Below, one piece after another: positions 31,024 through 39,538 of a DNA stretch of 64,000 bases. A program made the translations under genes and the position numbers. Below the pieces are notes generated by a model, which made no database searches, was not told the origin of the DNA, and worked only from the letters and a program-made list of their open reading frames with translations. Numbering within the stretch: the stretch's first letter is position 1; each line of letters opens with the position of its first letter. The DNA comes from an uncultured Spirochaetota bacterium (lineage in GTDB: Bacteria > Spirochaetota > Brevinematia > Brevinematales > JAOACQ01), in NCBI GenBank assembly GCA_963783575.1, contig CAWAOD010000014.1, positions 256,001-320,000 on the forward strand, given 5' to 3'.

Positions 31024-33180
31024 CTAACCGATCTTTTTAACCCCATCCCCCGCTTCACAAATATAAAATGAAGCAACAAGATTTGTTTTTTTTGTATAAT
31101 CGGCAGATACTACTGATATGAATTCATCTAATTTATCCTTATGAACAATACTTATGGTACATCCGCCAAAACCTGCACCGGTCATCCTTGTACCGATACA
31201 ACCTTCAAATTTTTTTGCAGCTTCAAAAAGACTATCCAATTCAATTCCCGTCACTTCATAATCATCTCGCAGTGATATATGAGATTTTTCCATTAATTTT
31301 CCGAATTCTTTCAGTCTATTATTTTTCAAATCTTCTGCGGCTTGTTTTACCCTTGCATTTTCAGTAACAACATGCTTCACTCTTTTTTTGATAATAGGAT
31401 TTTCGATATTGTCTTTTAACAACTCAAAATCTTCAATATTTAAGCTGCAAAGATTCGGAATTTTTCTTATTTTATTCAGATCCTTTAATCCCTTATCACA
31501 TTCGGCACGTCTTTCATTATATTTCGAATCCGATAAAGCCCTTTTTTTATTTGTATTGGTTATAACTAATTTATAATCACCCAATTCGAGCGGGATCATA
31601 TTATATTCTAGATTATCACAATTCAGCATAATGGCTTTTCCTTTTTCACCTATAGCCACAGCGAATTGATCCATAATTCCACAATTTACACCGACAAATT
31701 CATTCTCAGCTTTTTGACACAATAGAGCTATATTTTTTTTACTTATGCCAAGATTAAACATTTCCGAAATTCCGAAAGCAAATACAACTTCTAAAGCTGC
31801 TGAAGAAGATAATCCTGCTCCAATCGGTATCTCGCTGAAAAATAATACATCAAAGCCTGCATCGATCTTGTATCCTTTCTCCTTTAACACCTTTATGACG
31901 CCTTTCAGGTAATTAACCCATGATAATTCCTCATTTTTTACCATTTCATCATTAATTCCAGTAACTACAACTTCCTGAAAATCCAGAGATCTTAAACTGA
32001 TTTGACCATCCTTTCTTTTACGAATAGCCATATAAATGCCTATATCCAATGCAGCAGGAAAAACCCATCCTCCGTTATAATCAATATGTTCTCCAATAAG
32101 ATTAACCCTTGCCGGGGAGGAAAATACAGATAATTCCCATTCTTTTCCTCCGAAAATACTGATAAATTCTTTTATAACTTCCTGTTTTAAAAGAAAATGA
32201 TCCCACTTTGAGAGGTATTTTAATTTTGAAAGCCTCAATTGTTTAGCCGTTTCTTCCACTGACGCAACATTAGCGGCAGACCATGCACCCATTTCTGAAG
32301 AAGCGTAATATTTGATTTTATTTTTATCCCTTAATGGCGGATAGAATTCAATATGAAAATGGTAATAATCAGTGCTATTTTTATATTCGTCATTATTTAC
32401 AGGACGCTGATGGATAACCATCATATATGGAAATGGACGTTCGAAGACCATTTCAAAACTTCCTGTAATTAATTTTAAAATTTCCGCCAGAGATTTTTTC
32501 TCATTATCATTAAAATCCGTCATTAAACTTTTATGATTTTTTGATATAATAAATACGCCAAATGGATAATCGGTAAAGAAAGGCAGATATGCAATGAAAG
32601 AGTCATTTTCAAATATGATTCTCTGTTTAAATGAAATTTCATCTTCATTCATCTGGCAGATCAAGCATTTTCCCTTTTTTGAATAATAATCTTTTGAATT
32701 TTCAAGCTCGATTTGTAGTTTCTGCGGAATGTAAGAATAACCATAAATTTGACCATGAGGATGCGGCATTGTTACACCTACTTCTTCTCCCCTATTCTCA
32801 AATGGAAAAATCATTTGTATTTTTTTATCTTTTGAAAGTTCCTCAATCCTTTCTACCCAGAGATCTATTAATTTATTTATGTGTTCTACAGGCAATTGAT
32901 AGAGTGATTTTTTATGTTCGGGAGAATAAAGTATTACTTCACATTTGCCATATGATTCTTCTGTTTTATATAAATCTGAGCCTACAGTATCCGGATGCGG
33001 AGGAGTCTGACTTAAAACAGGGAAATCATTGTCATATTTTAATACATCATAATTTTCAGGTACTTTTCCGGAACCGGGGCAAAACGGACACATATCTTGA
33101 GGCATTTGCGGCCTGTCCTGTCTATGGGATGCAACCATTGTCCAGGTTTTTAGCAATGGATTCCATCGAAGCTCTGACAT
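31024..33180 (-). CDS. galT-galK: Fused galactose-1-phosphate uridylyltransferase (GalT) and galactokinase (GalK)
   Basis: N-half: ELRWNPL, CPFCPG, FENRG..GVTMPHPHGQIY, YHFHIEFYPP. C-half: ARVNLIGEHIDYNGG, PIGAGLSSSAA, CGIMDQF, GTRMTGAGFGGC. Confidence 0.92.
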   Translation of the reverse strand: MSELRWNPLLKTWTMVASHRQDRPQMPQDMCPFCPGSGKVPENYDVLKYDNDFPVLSQTPPHPDTVGSDLYKTEESYGKCEVILYSPEHKKSLYQLPVEHINKLIDLWVERIEELSKDKKIQMIFPFENRGEEVGVTMPHPHGQIYGYSYIPQKLQIELENSKDYYSKKGKCLICQMNEDEISFKQRIIFENDSFIAYLPFFTDYPFGVFIISKNHKSLMTDFNDNEKKSLAEILKLITGSFEMVFERPFPYMMVIHQRPVNNDEYKNSTDYYHFHIEFYPPLRDKNKIKYYASSEMGAWSAANVASVEETAKQLRLSKLKYLSKWDHFLLKQEVIKEFISIFGGKEWELSVFSSPARVNLIGEHIDYNGGWVFPAALDIGIYMAIRKRKDGQISLRSLDFQEVVVTGINDEMVKNEELSWVNYLKGVIKVLKEKGYKIDAGFDVLFFSEIPIGAGLSSSAALEVVFAFGISEMFNLGISKKNIALLCQKAENEFVGVNCGIMDQFAVAIGEKGKAIMLNCDNLEYNMIPLELGDYKLVITNTNKKRALSDSKYNERRAECDKGLKDLNKIRKIPNLCSLNIEDFELLKDNIENPIIKKRVKHVVTENARVKQAAEDLKNNRLKEFGKLMEKSHISLRDDYEVTGIELDSLFEAAKKFEGCIGTRMTGAGFGGCTISIVHKDKLDEFISVVSADYTKKTNLVASFYICEAGDGVKKIG

Positions 33181-33432
33181 AAAGTGTTCCCCCGATATTT
33201 AATTTAATATCCTCAAAACGAATATAATTTAATAACTTTTGTTTTGAAAATATTGATATGATAATTTTTGGCAGTATTTGAGAATTTAATAAGACTGACA
33301 GGATTACTTATAAAATAATAATGCCAGTCTTTATTTTACTTATTATTTTAAATTTAACTGGAACAAAAGTCAAAAAGTTTTTCAAAATTATACTTATAAA
33401 TCAATCCTTAGGACAAATCCCAATAATAATCA

Positions 33433-33461
33433 TTGACTTCTTATAATGTTATGTTTATAAT
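33433..33461 (+). promoter_or_regulatory. Sigma70 promoter of the menA-ndh2 locus
   Basis: TTGACT-N17-TATAAT. Confidence 0.65.
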
Positions 33462-33552
33462 TTATTAATATTTTTATAGTTATCAATTCGGAAAGTATGT
33501 AAAATAATTTTTATCGCATTTGAGTCCGATGTAAATAATGAAATGAATCTTA

Positions 33553-34467
33553 ATGAGAATAATTATGGAAATTACAAAAGACCTGATTATAAGGTATTTT
33601 AAAGCATGGTTTAAAGCTCTCAGACTTTTTTCACTTCCGATTGCATGGGTCTCTTGTTTATTAGGGGTTGTTCTGGCTTTTAATGACGGCTACCGGAACT
33701 TTCTTAATGCTGTTTTAATAATGATTGCAGGAAGCCTTCTTCAAACTGGAGTAAACCTGATAAATGATTTTTTTGAATTTAAACAGAGAAATATCGATGA
33801 TAAAATTCCCAATTTGAAAATATTTGGCCCTAAAAGAGAACTTATAGAATGGATAATATTCATTTCTGGAGTTGGATGTTTCACTTTAACTATTCCTATT
33901 GGTTTGTTTCTAGTTTATAAAACCGGGATTCCATTATTGATTCTTGGTATTGTTGGCTTAATCGGCGGGTATTTCTACACTGGAGAGCCTTTTAATTACA
34001 AGATTAAAGGGCTTGGGGTATTATTTGTGTTTTTTCTGATGGGTGTTTTTATGGTTACAGGATCCTATTATGCAATGTCAGGTATTGTTAATTTAAGTGT
34101 ATTATTAATATCAATTCCGGTTAGCAGTATGGTTTCAGAGATTCTTCTTTGCAATGAATTAAGGGATATCGAGGCCGATACCCGGCATGGTTTGAAAACT
34201 CTTTCCGTTAGAATTGGTTACAAAAATGCAGTTATATTATATTTTTTATTAATCGCAATAACATATGGTGGAATCATATGGCTTTACTTTATAGGATTGA
34301 TTCCCAATCTATATTTTTTATTATTTGGAATTCTTTTTATGATACCTCCAACGATAATTATTCTTAAAAATAATAATAAAATGAAAAATATAATTCCTTG
34401 GATGATGGTTCATCATTCAATTTTCGGATTACTTTTTATAGGAACTTATTTAATAAAAATAAATTAG
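33553..34467 (+). CDS. menA: UbiA-family DHNA prenyltransferase (MenA/DmkA-like)
   Basis: ALRLFSLP, QTGVNLINDFFEFK..D, FYTGEPFNYK..GLG, NELRDIEADTRHGLKTLSVRIG. Confidence 0.85.
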   Translation: MRIIMEITKDLIIRYFKAWFKALRLFSLPIAWVSCLLGVVLAFNDGYRNFLNAVLIMIAGSLLQTGVNLINDFFEFKQRNIDDKIPNLKIFGPKRELIEWIIFISGVGCFTLTIPIGLFLVYKTGIPLLILGIVGLIGGYFYTGEPFNYKIKGLGVLFVFFLMGVFMVTGSYYAMSGIVNLSVLLISIPVSSMVSEILLCNELRDIEADTRHGLKTLSVRIGYKNAVILYFLLIAITYGGIIWLYFIGLIPNLYFLLFGILFMIPPTIIILKNNNKMKNIIPWMMVHHSIFGLLFIGTYLIKIN

Positions 34468-34604
34468 TAAGCACTCACTTCGACATACTCGGGCTTGCTT
34501 CTTGATGAAAATGAATTTTTAGAGATACCGCCATTCCAAATAATAACTTAATAAATTTAATTATTAAAGATGTAGTATGAGCATAATTCTCGTAGGAGGT
34601 TTTA

Positions 34605-36680
34605 ATGATTGATAAAAAAAGGATAGTTGTTCTTGGGGGAGGTTATGCGGGAGTTAATTCTGTAAAAATATTATACAAAAAACTTAAAAAGAATAAAAAT
34701 ATTGAACTGGTTTTAATCGATAAGAATCCCTTTCATACATTAATGACGGAACTCCACGAGGTCGCAGGTGGCCGAGCCGAACCGGATTCTGTAAGGATAA
34801 GCTATAATAAAATATTCGGCGGAAAGAAAATCGATGTTATTATTGATAATATAAAAACAATCGATTTTATAAATAAAAACCTTATTTCAACATCCGGTGA
34901 ATATCATTACGATTATTTGATAATTGGCGCCGGAGCCGAACCGGATTATTTAAATGTTAACGGTATAAGAGAAAATGGATTTACACTATGGTCGTATGAT
35001 GATGCCATAGAATTAAGGGAACATATTGAATCAATTTTCCTTCAGGCTTCACGTGAAATCGATCATTTAAAAAGAAAGGAATTGCTTACTTTTGTTGTGG
35101 CGGGAGGCGGTTTTACCGGCGTTGAGTTCACAGGAGAACTCCTGGAGTGGAAAAATACTCTCAGCAGAAAATATGGTATAAATGAGAAGGAAGTTTCTGT
35201 TTACCTAATAGAAGCGCTTGACAGAATACTCTCAATATTGCCTGATTCATTAAGTTATAAAGCTCTTATGTACTTTCATAAAAAAGGTTGTGAAGTTCTT
35301 CTGAATTCTCAGATCCTGAAAGCAAATAATGGAGAGGTTTTCATCAAAGGCGGCAGAAGTTTTAAAACAAAAACGCTGGTATGGACCTGCGGTGTCCAAG
35401 GGTGCGAATTCGGAGCAAATCTTGGATTGTCAAAAGGTGTCTGCGTTACAAGAAGCTGTAATTATGATTTTGGAATAAGCGATGAACAATCAAAACTGGA
35501 CAAGTTTTCCGAAGGCGGAGAATATGTGAGCGGTAAACTCGGAAGAATCATGGTACATGATACTATGCAGTCCATAGAATATCAGAATGTCTTTATCGCA
35601 GGAGATCTTCTCTGGTATGAAGAAGATGGGCATGTCCTGCCGCAGGTTGTCGAAACAGCGCTTCAAACCTCTGAGACAGCAGCTAACAATATTATAAATG
35701 ACATAAATGGGAAGGAAAAAAAGTCTTTCAAGTCGGATTATCATGGTTTTATGGTTTCTATTGGCAGCAAATACGGTGTAGCTGCCCTGATGAATATTAA
35801 AATAAGCGGTTTTATGGCAATTGTTCTGAAACACCTTATCAATCTTCATTATTTATTAGGAGTAGCAGGGCTTAATACTATCTGGGATTATCTCAGGCAT
35901 CATTTCCTGGATATAAAAGATAACCGCTCTATTATCGGAGGTCACGCCGCTGCCAGGATAAGGATTTATTGGGTATTGATTTTAAGATTATTTCTCGGTA
36001 CAATGTGGCTTATTGAAGGGGCATCGAAAATATCAAGCGGATGGCTTGATCCGGGACATATTTATATTATCAGTACTTCTGCCGTAACGGGCGCAAGTAT
36101 AGTACAATCAAAAGATGATAAAATCTCAGAAGATACAAAGAAAAAAAATGATGCTTCTTCAGGGGCTTCTGTAATCGTATCGAATTCTCAGGATAAGACA
36201 AAACCGGAATCCTCAGCCGTTACTTCTGCATCTACAAATGTAGCGGAATCGAATGAAAAATCATTAACGGACGCAGTATCATCGGCCTCTGCTCCATCAT
36301 CATCAGCCCAGGTTCCCCTTATCAAGAAGCCTTTGGGAATTTATATCTGGATTGAAAATATATTAATATCCAGAGCCCCTTATGTTTTCCAGGCTTCCGT
36401 AGTTATTGCAGAAATTCTTATTGGACTTGCGCTTATCGGGGGTTTATTTACTTTTGTCGCTTCAATCGGCTCAATAGGTCTTTGCTTAATGTTTCTGATA
36501 TCCGCGCTTGCAGGTAAGGAGATTCTCTGGTATATGGCTTCTTCAATTATGATGCTTGGAGGAGCGGGAAGAGGTTTCGGATTGGATTATTGGGTAATTC
36601 CATGGATAAAAAAATGGTGGAACGGAACAAAAATAGCCAAAAAAACCTATTTATACATTGATGAGCCTAAAAACAAATAA
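34605..36680 (+). CDS. Type II NADH dehydrogenase fused to a C-terminal DoxX/TQO-like membrane domain (EET Ndh2-like)
   Basis: IVVLGGGYAG, HTLMTELHEVAGGR, VVAGGGFTGVE, FIAGD, PQVVETALQ; C-terminal LRLFLGTMWLIEG..K, AEILIGLALIGGLFT, GAGRGFGLDYW. Confidence 0.88.
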   Translation: MIDKKRIVVLGGGYAGVNSVKILYKKLKKNKNIELVLIDKNPFHTLMTELHEVAGGRAEPDSVRISYNKIFGGKKIDVIIDNIKTIDFINKNLISTSGEYHYDYLIIGAGAEPDYLNVNGIRENGFTLWSYDDAIELREHIESIFLQASREIDHLKRKELLTFVVAGGGFTGVEFTGELLEWKNTLSRKYGINEKEVSVYLIEALDRILSILPDSLSYKALMYFHKKGCEVLLNSQILKANNGEVFIKGGRSFKTKTLVWTCGVQGCEFGANLGLSKGVCVTRSCNYDFGISDEQSKLDKFSEGGEYVSGKLGRIMVHDTMQSIEYQNVFIAGDLLWYEEDGHVLPQVVETALQTSETAANNIINDINGKEKKSFKSDYHGFMVSIGSKYGVAALMNIKISGFMAIVLKHLINLHYLLGVAGLNTIWDYLRHHFLDIKDNRSIIGGHAAARIRIYWVLILRLFLGTMWLIEGASKISSGWLDPGHIYIISTSAVTGASIVQSKDDKISEDTKKKNDASSGASVIVSNSQDKTKPESSAVTSASTNVAESNEKSLTDAVSSASAPSSSAQVPLIKKPLGIYIWIENILISRAPYVFQASVVIAEILIGLALIGGLFTFVASIGSIGLCLMFLISALAGKEILWYMASSIMMLGGAGRGFGLDYWVIPWIKKWWNGTKIAKKTYLYIDEPKNK

Positions 36681-36710
36681 TGTATTTATGATTGTGAAGG
36701 GGTTTTTTTA

Positions 36711-37667
36711 ATGTGGGATAAATTTCCGGCTATACAAAAAGATCTGGATTTAATAAAAAGTAAAATGAGTGATGAGTTCCGAAAAGGCCATCCAATTGTT
36801 AGACGGGCTTTAACCGATTTCATAGATAATAATGGAAAAATGCTGCGTTCCGGTTTATTTGTAATATGTTCGCGTTTCGGTGATATTAATCTCGATAAAT
36901 TAATAAAGATCGGCGCGGCTATAGAAATGCTTCATCTGGCGACGCTGATTCATGATGACATTATTGACGATTCTGAAATAAGAAGAGGACTGCCGGCAAT
37001 TCACAAAAAATATGGAAAACGTGATGCGGTTTTAATCGGGGATTATTTATTCAGCAAAGCCTTTGTAATGGTTTCAGAATATGCGCAGGACATACATATA
37101 AAACTATTAACAAGAGTTCTCACATCAATTTGCGGTAGTGAATTAATCCAATCATCTCAGTTATATAGAAAAACTATTACTATCAGACAGTATTTGCGCC
37201 GTATTATTGGTAAAACAGCTTCTTTGTTTTCTTTAAGCTGCTATATTGGCGGACTTGAAAGCGGCTGCAATAATGAATCAAATCATATATTGGGAAGAAT
37301 CGGCTATTATTCCGGGATAAGTTTCCAGATAATCGACGATATACTTGATATTGAAGGCAAAAAAAGTCTTTTAGGAAAGCCTGTTCATACAGATTTATCC
37401 CTGGGAATATTTACTATGCCTGTAATATGCGCAATACAAAATGATGATGGGAAACTATCGAAAATGCTGGATAAATTCCCCTATTCGGAAAGAAAAATCA
37501 ATAAAATCATACATCTTGTCAAAGAATATGATGGAATAAATAAAGCAAGGGAATTCGCATCAAGGTATACGGAAAAAGCTAAAACGGAAATAGAAAGACT
37601 TCCCAATGTTGATAATAAAAATGTTTTATCATCAATTATACAGGAATTACTATCAAGAAACAATTGA
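36711..37667 (+). CDS. Trans-polyprenyl diphosphate synthase (HepT/DmkB-like)
   Basis: GKMLR, EMLHLATLIHDDIIDDSEIRRG, AVLIGDYLF, GKTASLF, FQIIDDILD, GKP. Confidence 0.92.
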   Translation: MWDKFPAIQKDLDLIKSKMSDEFRKGHPIVRRALTDFIDNNGKMLRSGLFVICSRFGDINLDKLIKIGAAIEMLHLATLIHDDIIDDSEIRRGLPAIHKKYGKRDAVLIGDYLFSKAFVMVSEYAQDIHIKLLTRVLTSICGSELIQSSQLYRKTITIRQYLRRIIGKTASLFSLSCYIGGLESGCNNESNHILGRIGYYSGISFQIIDDILDIEGKKSLLGKPVHTDLSLGIFTMPVICAIQNDDGKLSKMLDKFPYSERKINKIIHLVKEYDGINKAREFASRYTEKAKTEIERLPNVDNKNVLSSIIQELLSRNN

Positions 37668-37854
37668 AAATGTGAATATCGGTTTTTAGCCCTCTTATCC
37701 GGCGGAAAGATTCTGAAATTTATTCAGCAGAATAGTAAAAATAATATTTATTATTGAAATAAAAGTGATATATTATACGTCATATATAATAGATAAAATT
37801 TTGAAAAAATAAAATATTTCATAATATTTTCTTGATTTAGATGTTAAATTAAGG

Positions 37855-37906
37855 TATATCTTGAAATAGAATATTCTAGCTCAAGGATATCCTCGCAATA
37901 GAATAT
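37855..37906. promoter_or_regulatory. Three overlapping 20-bp imperfect inverted boxes (putative PadR operators)
   Basis: TATATCTTGAAATAGAATAT (37855), ATATTCTAGCTCAAGGATAT (37871), ATATCCTCGCAATAGAATAT (37887); 16-bp period. Confidence 0.6.
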
Positions 37907-37914
37907 TTTTATGA

Positions 37915-38580
37915 TTGAAAAGGTTTAAAATGGCTAATAAAAAAATTAATTCCGCCAGGGATGATAAAAATGTTTTAAATAGAATGGAGTTGCTGGCATT
38001 ACAGTTTCTCGATTGGGAAGAACCGTCTCATGCTTATGATATTGAAAAAATGATAGAAAAAGTTAATGCCAGGCAATGGATGGATATAGGTTTTTCTACA
38101 ATTTACACAATTTTAAAAAAACTGGAAGACAAAGGACTGGTAATAAGTGAAACTATAGTACAGGACCATAAACCGGCAAAAGTAGTATATCGTAAAACAA
38201 AAACGGGTAATGAAATTTTGAAATCTGAGGTAGCAAAGCTTTTTTTTAACTGGAAAGTGATTGACAACCTGTCATATTTTAATCAGACGGTTTTCAGTTT
38301 TTATTTGTTTAATAAAGAGGAAATGGAAGAATTAACAAAAAAAAGGATTACAGCCGGAGAAAATTTAATAAAGAAAATTGAACTCGAATTCCAGAATCAA
38401 AATAAAGGCTTTTCTAATTCTGTAGAGTATACCCTCCCGTTAAAGTGGGTTTATAACCATTTTCGCGATTTGATTAAAGCTGAAATTATATGGCTTAAAA
38501 ACTGGATTATTGATATAGAAATAATTGATTGGGAAAAATTTTGCATAGACATAAAAAAAAATAAACCTGATTTCCTTTAA
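37915..38580 (+). CDS. PadR-family transcriptional regulator
   Basis: HAYDIEK..RQWMDIGFSTIYTILKKLEDKGLV..KPAKVVYRKTKTG; C-terminal AEIIWLK. Confidence 0.88.
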   Translation: MKRFKMANKKINSARDDKNVLNRMELLALQFLDWEEPSHAYDIEKMIEKVNARQWMDIGFSTIYTILKKLEDKGLVISETIVQDHKPAKVVYRKTKTGNEILKSEVAKLFFNWKVIDNLSYFNQTVFSFYLFNKEEMEELTKKRITAGENLIKKIELEFQNQNKGFSNSVEYTLPLKWVYNHFRDLIKAEIIWLKNWIIDIEIIDWEKFCIDIKKNKPDFL

Positions 38581-38590
38581 CCAAAATAAT

Positions 38591-38610
38591 ATGTTATATT
38601 TATAGAATAT
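38591..38610. promoter_or_regulatory. Fourth putative PadR box upstream of the ABC operon
   Basis: ATGTTATATTTATAGAATAT matches ATATTCTA-N4-TAGAATAT with 2 mismatches. Confidence 0.4.
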
Positions 38611-38664
38611 ATTTTAGTTGGGAATGCTTAAATTGGCTTCCTACCCTAATTTAGAGGAGGAAAA

Positions 38665-39528
38665 ATGAATATTATTGAAATGAAGGGTGTTAAGAAAGAT
38701 TATGCTCTGGGCGAAACTACAGTACATGCCTTGAAAGGAATTGATTTTGCGGTAAAAGAAGGAGATTTTATCTCAGTTATAGGACCATCGGGGAGCGGTA
38801 AAACCACTCTTCTGAATGTCATAGGCTGTATAGATAATGCTACTTCCGGTACAGTCAAAGTCGGGGGTGAAATTGTGTTCTCGGATGATGCCGGTGAGGT
38901 CAAACCCTATACTGAGGGTAAAAAACTATGTAAAGATATGGTGCTTACTCGGCAGGAAAATACACAGTCTTTATTTATGAATGATAGAAAGATAACCGAT
39001 CTCAGGCTTTATAAAATAGGATTCATATTCCAGACCTTCAACCTGATACCTGTCCTTGATGTAATTGAAAATGTTGAATTTCCGCTGCTTTTAATGGAAG
39101 GTGAACGCAAAAAACTGAACAAAGAGGTTGGAAATATACAGAAATCCTGCGATGAGGAAGATAATTATATTAAAAGAAAACTTTCAAATAAAGAAATTAG
39201 GCAAAGAGCCATGGCGCTCATCGAAGAAGTCGGTTTAAAAGATTATGTTAAGCACAGACCCGCTGAATTATCCGGTGGGCAGCGCCAGAGGGTTGCAATT
39301 GCCCGTGCCCTTGTAACCAAACCGGATATTGTTCTTGCGGATGAACCTACGGCAAACCTGGATTCGGTAACAGGCGCAAACATTCTTGAATTGATGAAAG
39401 AAATGAACGAGTTGGAAAAGACTACTTTCATTTTCTCGACACATGATCCGGATGTTTTAAAATACGCCAGGAGTGTTGTTAAAATCAGGGACGGTCTGAT
39501 TGTCGGATCAGAAATCTTGAATCATTAG
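38665..39528 (+). CDS. ABC transporter ATP-binding protein (LolD/MacB-type) with two insertions
   Basis: GPSGSGKTT, IGFIFQTFNLIP, LSGGQRQRVAIARAL, LADEPTANLD, FSTHD. Confidence 0.92.
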   Translation: MNIIEMKGVKKDYALGETTVHALKGIDFAVKEGDFISVIGPSGSGKTTLLNVIGCIDNATSGTVKVGGEIVFSDDAGEVKPYTEGKKLCKDMVLTRQENTQSLFMNDRKITDLRLYKIGFIFQTFNLIPVLDVIENVEFPLLLMEGERKKLNKEVGNIQKSCDEEDNYIKRKLSNKEIRQRAMALIEEVGLKDYVKHRPAELSGGQRQRVAIARALVTKPDIVLADEPTANLDSVTGANILELMKEMNELEKTTFIFSTHDPDVLKYARSVVKIRDGLIVGSEILNH

Positions 39529-39538
39529 GGGGCAAAAT

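Noticed and set aside
32631..33182. 183-aa plus-strand ORF
   Set aside because: Antisense shadow of the galT domain
33288..33335. Imperfect inverted repeat AAGACTG..CAGTCTT upstream of galT-galK
   Set aside because: Short arms with a long AT spacer; could be chance and cannot be assigned as an operator or riboswitch
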